From a virus (Duplodnaviria; Caudoviricetes): a stretch of DNA of 52,386 nucleotides. Positions 17,140 to 25,162 of this stretch are shown in pieces (positions within the stretch are counted from its first letter, which is position 1; every line of letters begins with the position of its first letter). The notes beneath the pieces were generated by a model. It saw only the letters and a list, made by a program, of their open reading frames with translations. It ran no database searches and was not told where the DNA came from. Position numbers and translations under genes: made by a program. The stretch lies in IMG/VR virus record IMGVR_UViG_3300028840_005521, positions 1 to 52,386 of that record; one strand, 5' to 3'.

Positions 17140-17468
17140 GGGGGTTTTTCTCCGGGATTTTGGGTCCCATTAGGCCCCGGGATTTTGCCTTACCATTTGC
17201 CCCGGGTTTTCGGGTTTCCATTAGGGTTTGGCCGCATGAGCTCTTCCAGGATCTTCCAGAAGGATATGTGTGCCGGCGCATGTGATGACTAGTCACCATA
17301 TGTGTGCCGGCATATATATCCGGTGACGCATATGCACGTCGGTGCATATGGTTTCCTTCTACTTTCCTTGCTCAAGACCCATATACTGGAAAGTTTTTAG
17401 CCGGCGTCTAGCTGGCACCCTATTCGGTTGTCGGTTGTCGGTTCCTTTCCTTTCGATTGCCTACCGTT

Positions 17469-17509
17469 AAAGGTCCCGCGCCACTAGGACGCGGGACCTT
17501 TCACGCTAG
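17469..17509 (-). repeat. Post-stop hairpin element, copy 1
   Basis: AAAGGTCCCGCG-9nt-CGCGGGACCTTT-CACGCTAG abutting the stop at 17510. Confidence 0.8.
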
Positions 17510-17908
17510 TCAATCGAGAAGGTCGGCTACGACATATCTATACTCAGTGCCATATTCGAGCAGCAAAGATGCCGGGTCATCATGATTATCCACGACGAGA
17601 CTCATTATGTGCTCCAGGCTATCGACAGATCTAGCCTCACCGGTTTCGCCCTCCACGATTGTCGCGACTGCTAGCGCTACGATCGCGTATTCCCCACTCG
17701 TTCGACCATAACGCGAACAAGGAACCATTCCACTTTCGTCGGTCAAATAAGCTATCGCTTGCGCGTCGGTCAGAGGTCCCAACGAATCAAGGTAACGCAA
17801 CACCGCCCGGGGATAGTTATGCTGACCATACGGTGAGGAATCCTCGTCATGTCGATATTCCTTGTTACATCGGTCACCATGCCCATTGCGGCTATAGCAT
17901 CTGGTCAT
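17510..17908 (-). CDS. Hypothetical early protein
   Basis: GGAAAGGAA RBS; 132 aa. Confidence 0.7.
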   Translation of the reverse strand: MTRCYSRNGHGDRCNKEYRHDEDSSPYGQHNYPRAVLRYLDSLGPLTDAQAIAYLTDESGMVPCSRYGRTSGEYAIVALAVATIVEGETGEARSVDSLEHIMSLVVDNHDDPASLLLEYGTEYRYVVADLLD

Positions 17909-17940
17909 CTATTCCTTTCCTTTCGTCGACTAAGTATCGG

Positions 17941-17978
17941 GAAAGGTCCCACCAATGGCGCGGGACCTTTCGCGCTAG
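17941..17978 (-). repeat. Post-stop hairpin element, copy 2
   Basis: GAAAGGTCCC-11nt-GGGACCTTTC-GCGCTAG abutting the stop at 17979. Confidence 0.8.
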
Positions 17979-18605
17979 CTAGTCGATAGTGGCGACAGAC
18001 GAACCCGGACGACGCCCGAAGTTATAAGTACTATTAGCCGCCCATCGTGATTTGCTAATTAGGTCCCGATGATATTGGTTCGAAAGGTCGACTAGTTCGA
18101 CCATCCAATATTCATATACCGATTCCGGCTCGGAATACCATTCATAGACCTTATCGACACTTGCTTGATATTTAGTAAACTTTTCACCCTGTTCGTCGAC
18201 TGCTTCGAAGGTATAGCAGTCGACTCCGCGATCCTTGTGATGGATTGTTCTAGTTAAGGTTAGATCGCCACTGGGCGCGATCTTCCAGGCAGAGATGTCA
18301 ACATAAGCTCGATCGTCGTCCAGGGTCCCAACGTCAAGCGCGAACCAGTAAGGCCCATCACCGTAATCGTTGACATATCCGTAGCCGTCGCCACCTCTAA
18401 GTGTTCCGATTCGTTCGGCGGTAGCTTCAGCAGCATATTCCACTGCAGACGGATCATTAGGTCGAAAACCAATTACCCTCGACAAATAGATTTCGCCCAT
18501 TCCTTCGTGATGTGAGATTACAACTAGCGCCATGTCCTTTCCTTTCGTCGGCACTATGACGCCGACCCCTAATCGGTAGGAGTCGGCGCGGATAGTGTCT
18601 ACCAA
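17979..18605 (-). CDS. Hypothetical early protein (likely start near 18533, MALVV)
   Basis: Long ORF; internal GAAAGGAAAGGA RBS before MALVV. Confidence 0.7.
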   Translation of the reverse strand: MVDTIRADSYRLGVGVIVPTKGKDMALVVISHHEGMGEIYLSRVIGFRPNDPSAVEYAAEATAERIGTLRGGDGYGYVNDYGDGPYWFALDVGTLDDDRAYVDISAWKIAPSGDLTLTRTIHHKDRGVDCYTFEAVDEQGEKFTKYQASVDKVYEWYSEPESVYEYWMVELVDLSNQYHRDLISKSRWAANSTYNFGRRPGSSVATID

Positions 18606-19237
18606 AAGAAGTTATGCGCACACTCTTCAAATTCGCAATTATTAGAATCAGGGTCTCCACACAACAATTCAGCACAGATCAAGTTACCTTCGAAGAAGTC
18701 AACAAGCATATTCTCTGGTAGTACCCGCTCGTTCAACCATTCAAGCGATTCTTGAGCGATCTCGTAGACCCATTCTGTTTCCGGCGATTCTTCAATTGTT
18801 TTTCCTAATCGATAATCCTCAAGTGCCTTCCTGTCTGAAGGTCGCAGTCGGTATCCATATGACACTGCGATATCAATTGCGCGATAAGTGTTATGCCAAC
18901 CTAGGGCCGAATCTAGCCAACAACCGACTTCGCCGGTGAAGGATTGCGTTGGGAGGCATTCCCGACCCCAGCGATTGTCCATTTTCAGCACATCGGAAAG
19001 GATTTCTTCGAACACGTCGCCAGATACCCTTATTGTTTTGTCGGCTGATAGGTAGTTGAGGTGTTTTCTGGTCGTTGGTCCCCACTCATTTTCCATTTCG
19101 CGTAATGTCCACCCTTCGCCGGTGACATATACGCCGATTGGAGTCGAATAGCTGAACCCTACCTTCACATCATGCCCGATTCCGACGATTGAGAAGTTGT
19201 CCCGATTCGTTGGATGATCAATGTCGATACTCATCAT
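18599..19237 (-). CDS. Hypothetical early protein
   Basis: FSYSTPIG...WGPTTRKHLN N-domain plus acidic C-domain; GAAAGGAA RBS. Confidence 0.75.
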   Translation of the reverse strand: MMSIDIDHPTNRDNFSIVGIGHDVKVGFSYSTPIGVYVTGEGWTLREMENEWGPTTRKHLNYLSADKTIRVSGDVFEEILSDVLKMDNRWGRECLPTQSFTGEVGCWLDSALGWHNTYRAIDIAVSYGYRLRPSDRKALEDYRLGKTIEESPETEWVYEIAQESLEWLNERVLPENMLVDFFEGNLICAELLCGDPDSNNCEFEECAHNFFW

Positions 19238-19245
19238 GTTCCTTT

Positions 19246-19323
19246 CTATCGCTTGGTTGCGATTCTTGCGACCAGGACGGCCCTAATGATGACTAGCGCT
19301 ACGATGACAATTCCAGTTTCCAC
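19246..19323 (-). CDS. 25-aa hydrophobic peptide, first gene of the leftward operon
   Basis: METGIVIVALVIIRAVLVARIATKR; GGAAAGGAAAGGAA RBS. Confidence 0.5.
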   Translation of the reverse strand: METGIVIVALVIIRAVLVARIATKR

Positions 19324-19369
19324 AATTCCTTTCCTTTCCTTGTGGAGTCTTCCCTTTCTCTATCGGTCC

Positions 19370-19399
19370 ATTATAAGCTTGACTGTAGCTATTCTGCAA
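19370..19399 (-). promoter_or_regulatory. Leftward early promoter
   Basis: TTGCAG-18nt-TATAAT. Confidence 0.6.
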
Positions 19400-19619
19400 C
19401 TTAATTCGGGCGATTTCTCGATTGCTAATTTTCACCCTTAACGAGCTCTCCCACGACCCCAACGACCCGGCCCATAGCTTCTGGAGTAATAGGTGAGCAA
19501 TAACTTACCTTTCGGTGTAAGGCTAATGGTCAGGGTGTAGCTGCTATGTCGGGCTCAGTGATCATCGGGTCGACAGGTAGCTAGAGAGTTATTGGTAATA
19601 ATTGGAAAAGACTCAATAG

Positions 19620-19970
19620 GTAAATACTGGGAAGGGTGAGAATTATTCTCAACTACCAATGATTGCCAATCGCTCGGCGACCCAGATATTGCCAATTGAG
19701 AATGGATATCAATTGGTAAATATTTCCAGCCGGCAGAGCTCTGGGAAATACTGGAAAACGACTAGTAAATCCTGGAAATGGCAAATACTGGAAACGAATT
19801 TCCAGTAAATGCCAACCACTCCCAGAAAATGGAAAACCCCGGCGAGGACTAGCCCCAAAACCGGGGCATAGCTCACACAATTTTTGCCCCCAAACTGCTG
19901 AAGGTTTACTTGTTTAGGAGGTAAGAATGGGGGGGTCATAGGGGTCGTTTACTTGTTTGGATAGTAAGCG
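19620..19970. repeat. Non-coding repeat region with AAATACTGGAAA-like motifs and GTTTACTTGTTT twice
   Basis: Motifs near 19622, 19746, 19768, 19783 and inverted near 19799; 12-mer near 19904 and 19947. Confidence 0.7.
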
Positions 19971-20172
19971 GCGGGGTAGTAGAATAGGGGCGACGGCACA
20001 CCTGGGCGGGACGCCCCAACCTGCCAACTAATCACGGCAGGGGCAGCTGATAACTGCGAGCGCCACGACAGGTGAGGATGCCGGGGCCCGCGACCCGACA
20101 ACGGCTGCGGAGGCCACCCCCGGCAACCAAGCCGTCAGGCGACCAAAGGAAGGCGCAAGGAAAGGACAACTA

Positions 20173-20490
20173 ATGGACGAACCCAGGTTCACAATCGAGC
20201 ACACCCACCGAGTCGTCAAACTCGAGTACCGGCTGCGACCCGCCAACAAACGGAAGCGCATCGTGCTGCTCGACCACACCGGCAACTACTACAAGGTCGA
20301 CAAAATCATGGTCCACGTCAGCGGCCAAAAGCAAGCCACCGCCGTGTTCTACGGCTACCGCATCATGCCCGACACCGGAGCTCACCTCGACCCGTCCCCC
20401 ACCCACTTCGTACCCGACGAGAAACTGATCGCCGGGATCAAAGAAGAAATCGAAGGGATCGTGCGGCAACAAATCGAAACACTACTATGA
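20173..20490 (+). CDS. Hypothetical protein
   Basis: AAGGAAAGGA RBS. Confidence 0.72.
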   Translation: MDEPRFTIEHTHRVVKLEYRLRPANKRKRIVLLDHTGNYYKVDKIMVHVSGQKQATAVFYGYRIMPDTGAHLDPSPTHFVPDEKLIAGIKEEIEGIVRQQIETLL

Positions 20491-20702
20491 GCGACAGGAG
20501 CAAGATGGACAGCAACGACGTATTGGCCCAAGTACAGGACAAGCTCGAGGCAAGCGACAAAGCCGGCATCGTCGCGATCACCGACAACGGGACAGTCGTG
20601 CTCAACCTCGAGCCGGTAGTGCTCGCCACCCTCAAGGTGCTGGAAGAGAACAACTACCTAGAGCTGGGGCCAGTCAACGAAGAAGACAATGGCGATGGGT
20701 GA
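20487..20702 (+). CDS. Hypothetical protein
   Basis: ATGA overlap. Confidence 0.62.
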   Translation: MSDRSKMDSNDVLAQVQDKLEASDKAGIVAITDNGTVVLNLEPVVLATLKVLEENNYLELGPVNEEDNGDG

Positions 20703-20790
20703 ACATTGGAAGTCGAACCTGGTAAACACACTGGCGTCCTTAGTGATGCTGGTCTGGGTGCTGGTCGCATTCCTGGAGGTGATTCGGTGA
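20695..20790 (+). CDS. 31-aa single-TM peptide (not in ORF track)
   Basis: MGEHWKSNLVNTLASLVMLVWVLVAFLEVIR. Confidence 0.45.
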   Translation: MGEHWKSNLVNTLASLVMLVWVLVAFLEVIR

Positions 20791-21047
20791 GTGCCGAGAT
20801 GAGTGACGAACAGACACGCATAGTTACGTATAAGACTATGTGGGTACCCGCATCTCCGTTCAAGATCGACGCCGCAAAGTACAAAGATGGAATCTCCGTG
20901 TGGTTGCCGCACCAATGCGACGAATGGGAAATCGTTGGCCGTGCTCCAACCGTCGAGGCCGCAGCGAAAGTGTTGCGAGAGTTTGCCTCCGATCTGTTGA
21001 CGGCTGCCGGTTCGCTGGAGGAACTGATCGGAGGGGTTGATGAGTGA
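20787..21047 (+). CDS. Hypothetical protein
   Basis: GGAGG RBS; GTG 20787 or ATG 20799; contains WLPHQCDEW. Confidence 0.65.
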   Translation: MSAEMSDEQTRIVTYKTMWVPASPFKIDAAKYKDGISVWLPHQCDEWEIVGRAPTVEAAAKVLREFASDLLTAAGSLEELIGGVDE

Positions 21048-21273
21048 CGAACAGACCCGCACCGAACCCCTAATGGAAGCTCTTGAACTGGCCTGGGGGC
21101 TGATAGCCAACGCTAGCAACTGGGATTTAGAGGGACCAGCTATCGGCACCGAATCCCTTCCCAGTTCTCTGTTCGACACCGACGAGATCACATGGGGCCT
21201 AGATGACGAGGACGAGTATCAAATCGTCGCCATGCGTGAGTATGTCGAGCCGTCCGTAGACGACGTGTACTGA
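21040..21273 (+). CDS. Acidic hypothetical protein
   Basis: GGAGG RBS. Confidence 0.6.
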   Translation: MSDEQTRTEPLMEALELAWGLIANASNWDLEGPAIGTESLPSSLFDTDEITWGLDDEDEYQIVAMREYVEPSVDDVY

Positions 21274-21317
21274 CCTTTCAGGAGCACGCATAACCACCGA
21301 TATGTATCGGAGAAATC

Positions 21318-21575
21318 TTGACCATGCAACTGCTCATAGCAAATGAACGATTGACAATGGACAGCCTGATGGCCATCGCCAATGCGCTACCTAAACACGC
21401 CTACCTTGATTTGCACGGTTGTCAGATTGACAACTGGGACGGTAATCGATTGCCTAAAGATGGGCCAACGTTTTTCGTTTCGGGATGCCTTTGTGTCGGA
21501 GCAGAGGAATCGGTGGGCATAAACATAGATACTTCGTACCGACAGAGCAATGGGTTAGCTGAGGATGCGCCGTAA
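21318..21575 (+). CDS. Hypothetical protein
   Basis: GGAG RBS. Confidence 0.55.
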   Translation: MTMQLLIANERLTMDSLMAIANALPKHAYLDLHGCQIDNWDGNRLPKDGPTFFVSGCLCVGAEESVGINIDTSYRQSNGLAEDAP

Positions 21576-21840
21576 ACTTGACGGACGTCATACGATGCGT
21601 TCATGAATGAACTAGCTCAACCATACCGCGACCCAGTTTTCAATCTCGAACTTGGCCAGCGAGTAATCGAAGAACTCATGACCCAAGAGGATTGGGATTT
21701 CCTACTCGACCGGCTTTTCTTATCCGAACTGGAAACACCGGAAATCAAACTCTCTAAGTATTCCTGACACCACGAATTGTGGCGGAAACTTCGCGTTCTG
21801 CTAACCTATTCACCAATGACGATGCGAGTAGGAGTGGTGC

Positions 21841-22716
21841 ATGACGGACTACTACCGGGCCGGGCTTAACAAGCTCGACCTCAAAGAACCGCCGAAGGGC
21901 GGACCTGCGATTCTTCTCTACGACCTCGAGACGGCGCCAGCAAACGCATGGGACTGGAGCGCTTACCGATCGAACGTAGTCGACGTTCAGCAACCCCCCT
22001 ACGTCCTGTGCTTCGCATACAAGTGGCTCAACAAACCAGGCGTCGGTTTCGTAGCCATCAACCACAACCCCGAGTTCGAAGCTGGGGGTTGCGTTCTTTG
22101 CTCCAACAACAACGACGACAGATGGGTCGCTGAACGGCTCGGTGCTCTGTTCGACCGAGCTGACATCACCATCGCCCACAACGGCGACAAGTTCGACAAA
22201 CGCAAAGCCAACTCAATGTTCCTAGCCCACGACCTCACCCCGCCGTCCCCTTACCAAACCATCGACACGCTGAAGGAGTCGAAACGCTACTTCGCCGAGT
22301 TCAAACACAATCTCGACTATGTGACCCGCCACCACGGACTCGGCGGCAAAGAGCCCAACACCGGATTCGAGCTTTGGTACCGCTGCATGGTTGGCGACCC
22401 GAAAGCGTGGCGGGACATGGAGAAGTACAACCGACGTGACGTGATGCAGCTCGAGAAGTGGTATTTGAAGATCCGGCCCTGGATTGGCGAACCCGGGAAG
22501 AAGCATCACCCGAACCTGGCGTTCTGGGGTGAGGACGGGATACTCACCTGCCCCAAGTGCCTCTCGACGAAAGTCTGGAAACGGGGATATCACCGCACCA
22601 CCGTGTCCGAATTCCAAACCGTTCAATGTCAGAACTGTGGCGGTTACTCGAGGGCCAGGGCCAGGGTTTCGCAGCGCCGGCCGAACCCGGACTCCCCACG
22701 GGTCGGAGCTCTGTAA
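21841..22716 (+). CDS. DnaQ/RNase H-like (DEDD) 3'-5' exonuclease with C-terminal zinc ribbon
   Basis: YDLET, AHNGDKFD, IDTL, YNRRDV; CPKC...CQNC. Confidence 0.87.
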   Translation: MTDYYRAGLNKLDLKEPPKGGPAILLYDLETAPANAWDWSAYRSNVVDVQQPPYVLCFAYKWLNKPGVGFVAINHNPEFEAGGCVLCSNNNDDRWVAERLGALFDRADITIAHNGDKFDKRKANSMFLAHDLTPPSPYQTIDTLKESKRYFAEFKHNLDYVTRHHGLGGKEPNTGFELWYRCMVGDPKAWRDMEKYNRRDVMQLEKWYLKIRPWIGEPGKKHHPNLAFWGEDGILTCPKCLSTKVWKRGYHRTTVSEFQTVQCQNCGGYSRARARVSQRRPNPDSPRVGAL

Positions 22717-22793
22717 GGAACTGTCAGCGACTCTCAGGTAGCGTTGAGAAAGGCATCTGCTGCGTTGCTCGCATCAGCTGCTATACTCGCCAC

Positions 22794-22904
22794 CGACACA
22801 GTTGCCCGGCAGATTGGAGTCCCGGGCAAGGCGCCCGGTCATGGTGCCCGACATATGCGAGAAGGCCCCTGTGATTTGTTCCTTTCCTTCAGGGGCCTTC
22901 TCGC
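22794..22904 (+). ncRNA. Candidate small RNA 1 (three hairpins, anti-SD loop)
   Basis: Extended -10 at 22779-87; two small hairpins, then a 15-bp stem (22857-71/22890-904) with loop TGATTTGTTCCTTTCCTT; no credible ORF. Confidence 0.55.
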
Positions 22905-22988
22905 GTCTAGCGTTGGAAAACCGATAACGGTATCGGTAAACCGATAACGATTATCAACACGACCGGAATTATGTGCTAGAGTCCGCGA

Positions 22989-23059
22989 CGAGGCAGGCAT
23001 CCAAGCTCCCTCTCCACGTCAGGCGAACGGCCCCCATCCACCTCTGGGGGCCGTTTGTT
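22989..23059 (+). ncRNA. Candidate small RNA 2
   Basis: Extended -10 at 22974-82; C/T-rich stretch; terminator hairpin 23025-23056 followed by GTT. Confidence 0.48.
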
Positions 23060-23091
23060 GTAGTATGTGGCTCTGGTGTTGGGAGGTTCGA

Positions 23092-23274
23092 ATGATCCAA
23101 AAGTCAGATCCCGTGATTGCGCCCCCGGTTGGGTGGTCCTATCACAAGCCGACATTGAAATATCGCGACGGCCTACCCGTCGGTAACTGCGGGACGCTCG
23201 GTAACTTTATGCCGGAACATATCGCCATCGAACTCGGTCTTGAGCGTTGCAAGCGATGCAACTGGAAAGTTTGA
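23092..23274 (+). CDS. Small H..C..CxxC zinc-binding protein
   Basis: GGGAGG RBS; YH..NCG..CKRC. Confidence 0.6.
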   Translation: MIQKSDPVIAPPVGWSYHKPTLKYRDGLPVGNCGTLGNFMPEHIAIELGLERCKRCNWKV

Positions 23275-23341
23275 CGAGTTTGACGTTTGCGGTAATATTG
23301 GCAAGATAGTAAACTACCCCCAGTAGCCGAAAGGGTTATAC

Positions 23342-23491
23342 ATGAGCAAGAAGAGCAAGATGATCACAGTCACGGTCAAGCCAATCCCGGCGAGTCTGTG
23401 GAAGGACATCAAGCTGACAGCGGTCGCCCAGGAACGAACCGTTGCTGATGTCGTAACCGAGGCGCTAGGTAGGTACGTCAAAGACAAGTGA
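23342..23491 (+). CDS. Ribbon-helix-helix protein (49 aa, not in ORF track)
   Basis: MSKKSKMITVTVKPIPASLWKDIKLTAVAQERTVADVVTEALGRYVKDK. Confidence 0.75.
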   Translation: MSKKSKMITVTVKPIPASLWKDIKLTAVAQERTVADVVTEALGRYVKDK

Positions 23492-23500
23492 GGTGCAACG

Positions 23501-24601
23501 ATGCTGAGGAAACTGGTAGGGACCTTCACCGCCGCCATACTGCTACTGGCAATACCGTTAGCTGCAGCCGCGGATCCAATCAACCCCAACGACCCTGATT
23601 ATTGGGAAGACAAATTCGAGCACGCCGGCCACTGCGTCAAATACGAAACACCGTCAGACACGCCCCACGGATACGAAACTGCTGATGGGTTAGCTGTAGT
23701 GCTAAACCCCATCCAGCCAGCATGGGGAGATCATTGGGAAGGACTAGTAGTCAAAGCGGCGACGGAAAACGCGGTGTACCCCCATCCCACAGCAGGGGTG
23801 GCATACTACGGAGCCAACCCTGAATATGAGGTCTCCCATTGGATCGTGTGCAAGGCCCAGGAGGAACCGCCATCAACGACCACCACCACTTCTACAACAA
23901 CCCCCCCGACTACAAGCACGACCACAACCACCACACCGGTTACTACCACAACAACCGTCGTCACCACCACCACCGCACCACCGACTACCACCACTACGGA
24001 ACCGCCTGTTACAACGACGACTGTGCCGGAACCAAAGCTGCCGACAATATGGTGTGAGTGGGACAACCGGGACAAAGACACCGGGGCACACGAGCCGATC
24101 ATTTCGGACTGGCCGATGCAGCTAGACCCAGGGCTGTTCCAGTTCGCCTACGTGGCATACGATCGGGTAACCGGTGACTACATCGGTATGCAAGAGTTCG
24201 GTCCGACCACTCCCGGCTACCACGACTCGTGGGTGGATCCATACCCGCCTGTGCCGGAAACCGGGTTCATCGTTGAGTTCATCGTCAACGGCGAGCTGTA
24301 CTACACGCTTGACGACCCGGACTGTGTGAAAGAGACACCGCCGACCACCACCTCGCCGACCACCACCTCGCTACCGCCAGTCACAACCACCACCATCCCG
24401 GTGTGCCACGACCATGACGGCGACGGGGTGAAGACCTACCAGGTCGACACCGAGAACCACAAGAAAGGCGAGGTCTGCGAACTGCCCAATACCGGTGCGG
24501 AACTGGAAGACATCGCTATCGGAGCGGGCGTTATGCTAGCTCTCGGCATGTTGGCGCTCGCAGTGGAAGCTGACCGGCGAGCAAGACGAAACGAGATCTG
24601 A
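23501..24601 (+). CDS. Secreted Thr/Pro-rich protein with LPxTG sortase signal
   Basis: Signal peptide ending AAA-D; poly-Thr linkers; LPNTG, hydrophobic helix, RRARR tail. Confidence 0.82.
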   Translation: MLRKLVGTFTAAILLLAIPLAAAADPINPNDPDYWEDKFEHAGHCVKYETPSDTPHGYETADGLAVVLNPIQPAWGDHWEGLVVKAATENAVYPHPTAGVAYYGANPEYEVSHWIVCKAQEEPPSTTTTTSTTTPPTTSTTTTTTPVTTTTTVVTTTTAPPTTTTTEPPVTTTTVPEPKLPTIWCEWDNRDKDTGAHEPIISDWPMQLDPGLFQFAYVAYDRVTGDYIGMQEFGPTTPGYHDSWVDPYPPVPETGFIVEFIVNGELYYTLDDPDCVKETPPTTTSPTTTSLPPVTTTTIPVCHDHDGDGVKTYQVDTENHKKGEVCELPNTGAELEDIAIGAGVMLALGMLALAVEADRRARRNEI

Positions 24602-24886
24602 TTGAAAACCTTCGACGGCATTCTCGAGGCATGGGCGAGGCGTTGGGTACTGATCGGCGAATGTGCCGGAAGTGTCTTGCTCCCCGGCGCCGTCGAAGCG
24701 CTACATCAGGAACTTGTTGAGAGCGGATGGTCCCCCCCTGCTCCCCCCCCATCCTTCCCCCTCGGCGGGGGGGGAGCCATCCAGCCGAACACCTCCACCC
24801 CACCCCAGATTCACCCCAACCAGATGACCGTGCAAGACTGCATAGCTGAAGACTATGTGGACCCGCATGTCACGCGACCGCACTGA
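24602..24886 (+). CDS. Hypothetical Pro-rich protein
   Basis: ORF directly after the previous stop. Confidence 0.45.
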   Translation: MKTFDGILEAWARRWVLIGECAGSVLLPGAVEALHQELVESGWSPPAPPPSFPLGGGGAIQPNTSTPPQIHPNQMTVQDCIAEDYVDPHVTRPH

Positions 24887-24928
24887 CCCCCATAAGCGCT
24901 CATGACAGGTTTCCGTGACGAAATCCTG

Positions 24929-25144
24929 TCAACCCCCCTCAGCAAGTAGCGCTCTTTTCGCTGGCTGGCTCACGTCACAGTGCAGGCACCAAACCCAGAT
25001 GTCGTAGAATTTGTAGATTGGAAACTCGCCAATACGCACCTGGAACCGGTACTGCATGTATCTCCCACAGAGCGAACAGAAGCCTGGGGTGACACCTGAA
25101 GTGTCCTCCAATTCGCTTTCCCAGTTCTCGTGCATACCGTCCAT
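24929..25144 (-). CDS. Small zinc-ribbon protein, divergent from terS
   Basis: CSLC...CLHC; TACAAT -10 6 nt before ATG 25144. Confidence 0.55.
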   Translation of the reverse strand: MDGMHENWESELEDTSGVTPGFCSLCGRYMQYRFQVRIGEFPIYKFYDIWVWCLHCDVSQPAKRALLAEGG

Positions 25145-25162
25145 TCGGGTATTGTAGATGTG

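Noticed and set aside
17096-17347. 83-aa minus-strand ORF across the palindrome region
   Set aside because: It translates DNA repeats and overlaps a predicted promoter; an SD-like sequence exists, so it is not fully excluded
17469-17978. Hairpins as integron attC sites
   Set aside because: Too short, lack RYYYAAC/GTTRRRY boxes, and no integron integrase is present
23080-23100. GGTTCGAAT as a tRNA T-arm
   Set aside because: No cloverleaf around it; it is the RBS and start of a small ORF. I found no tRNA by eye
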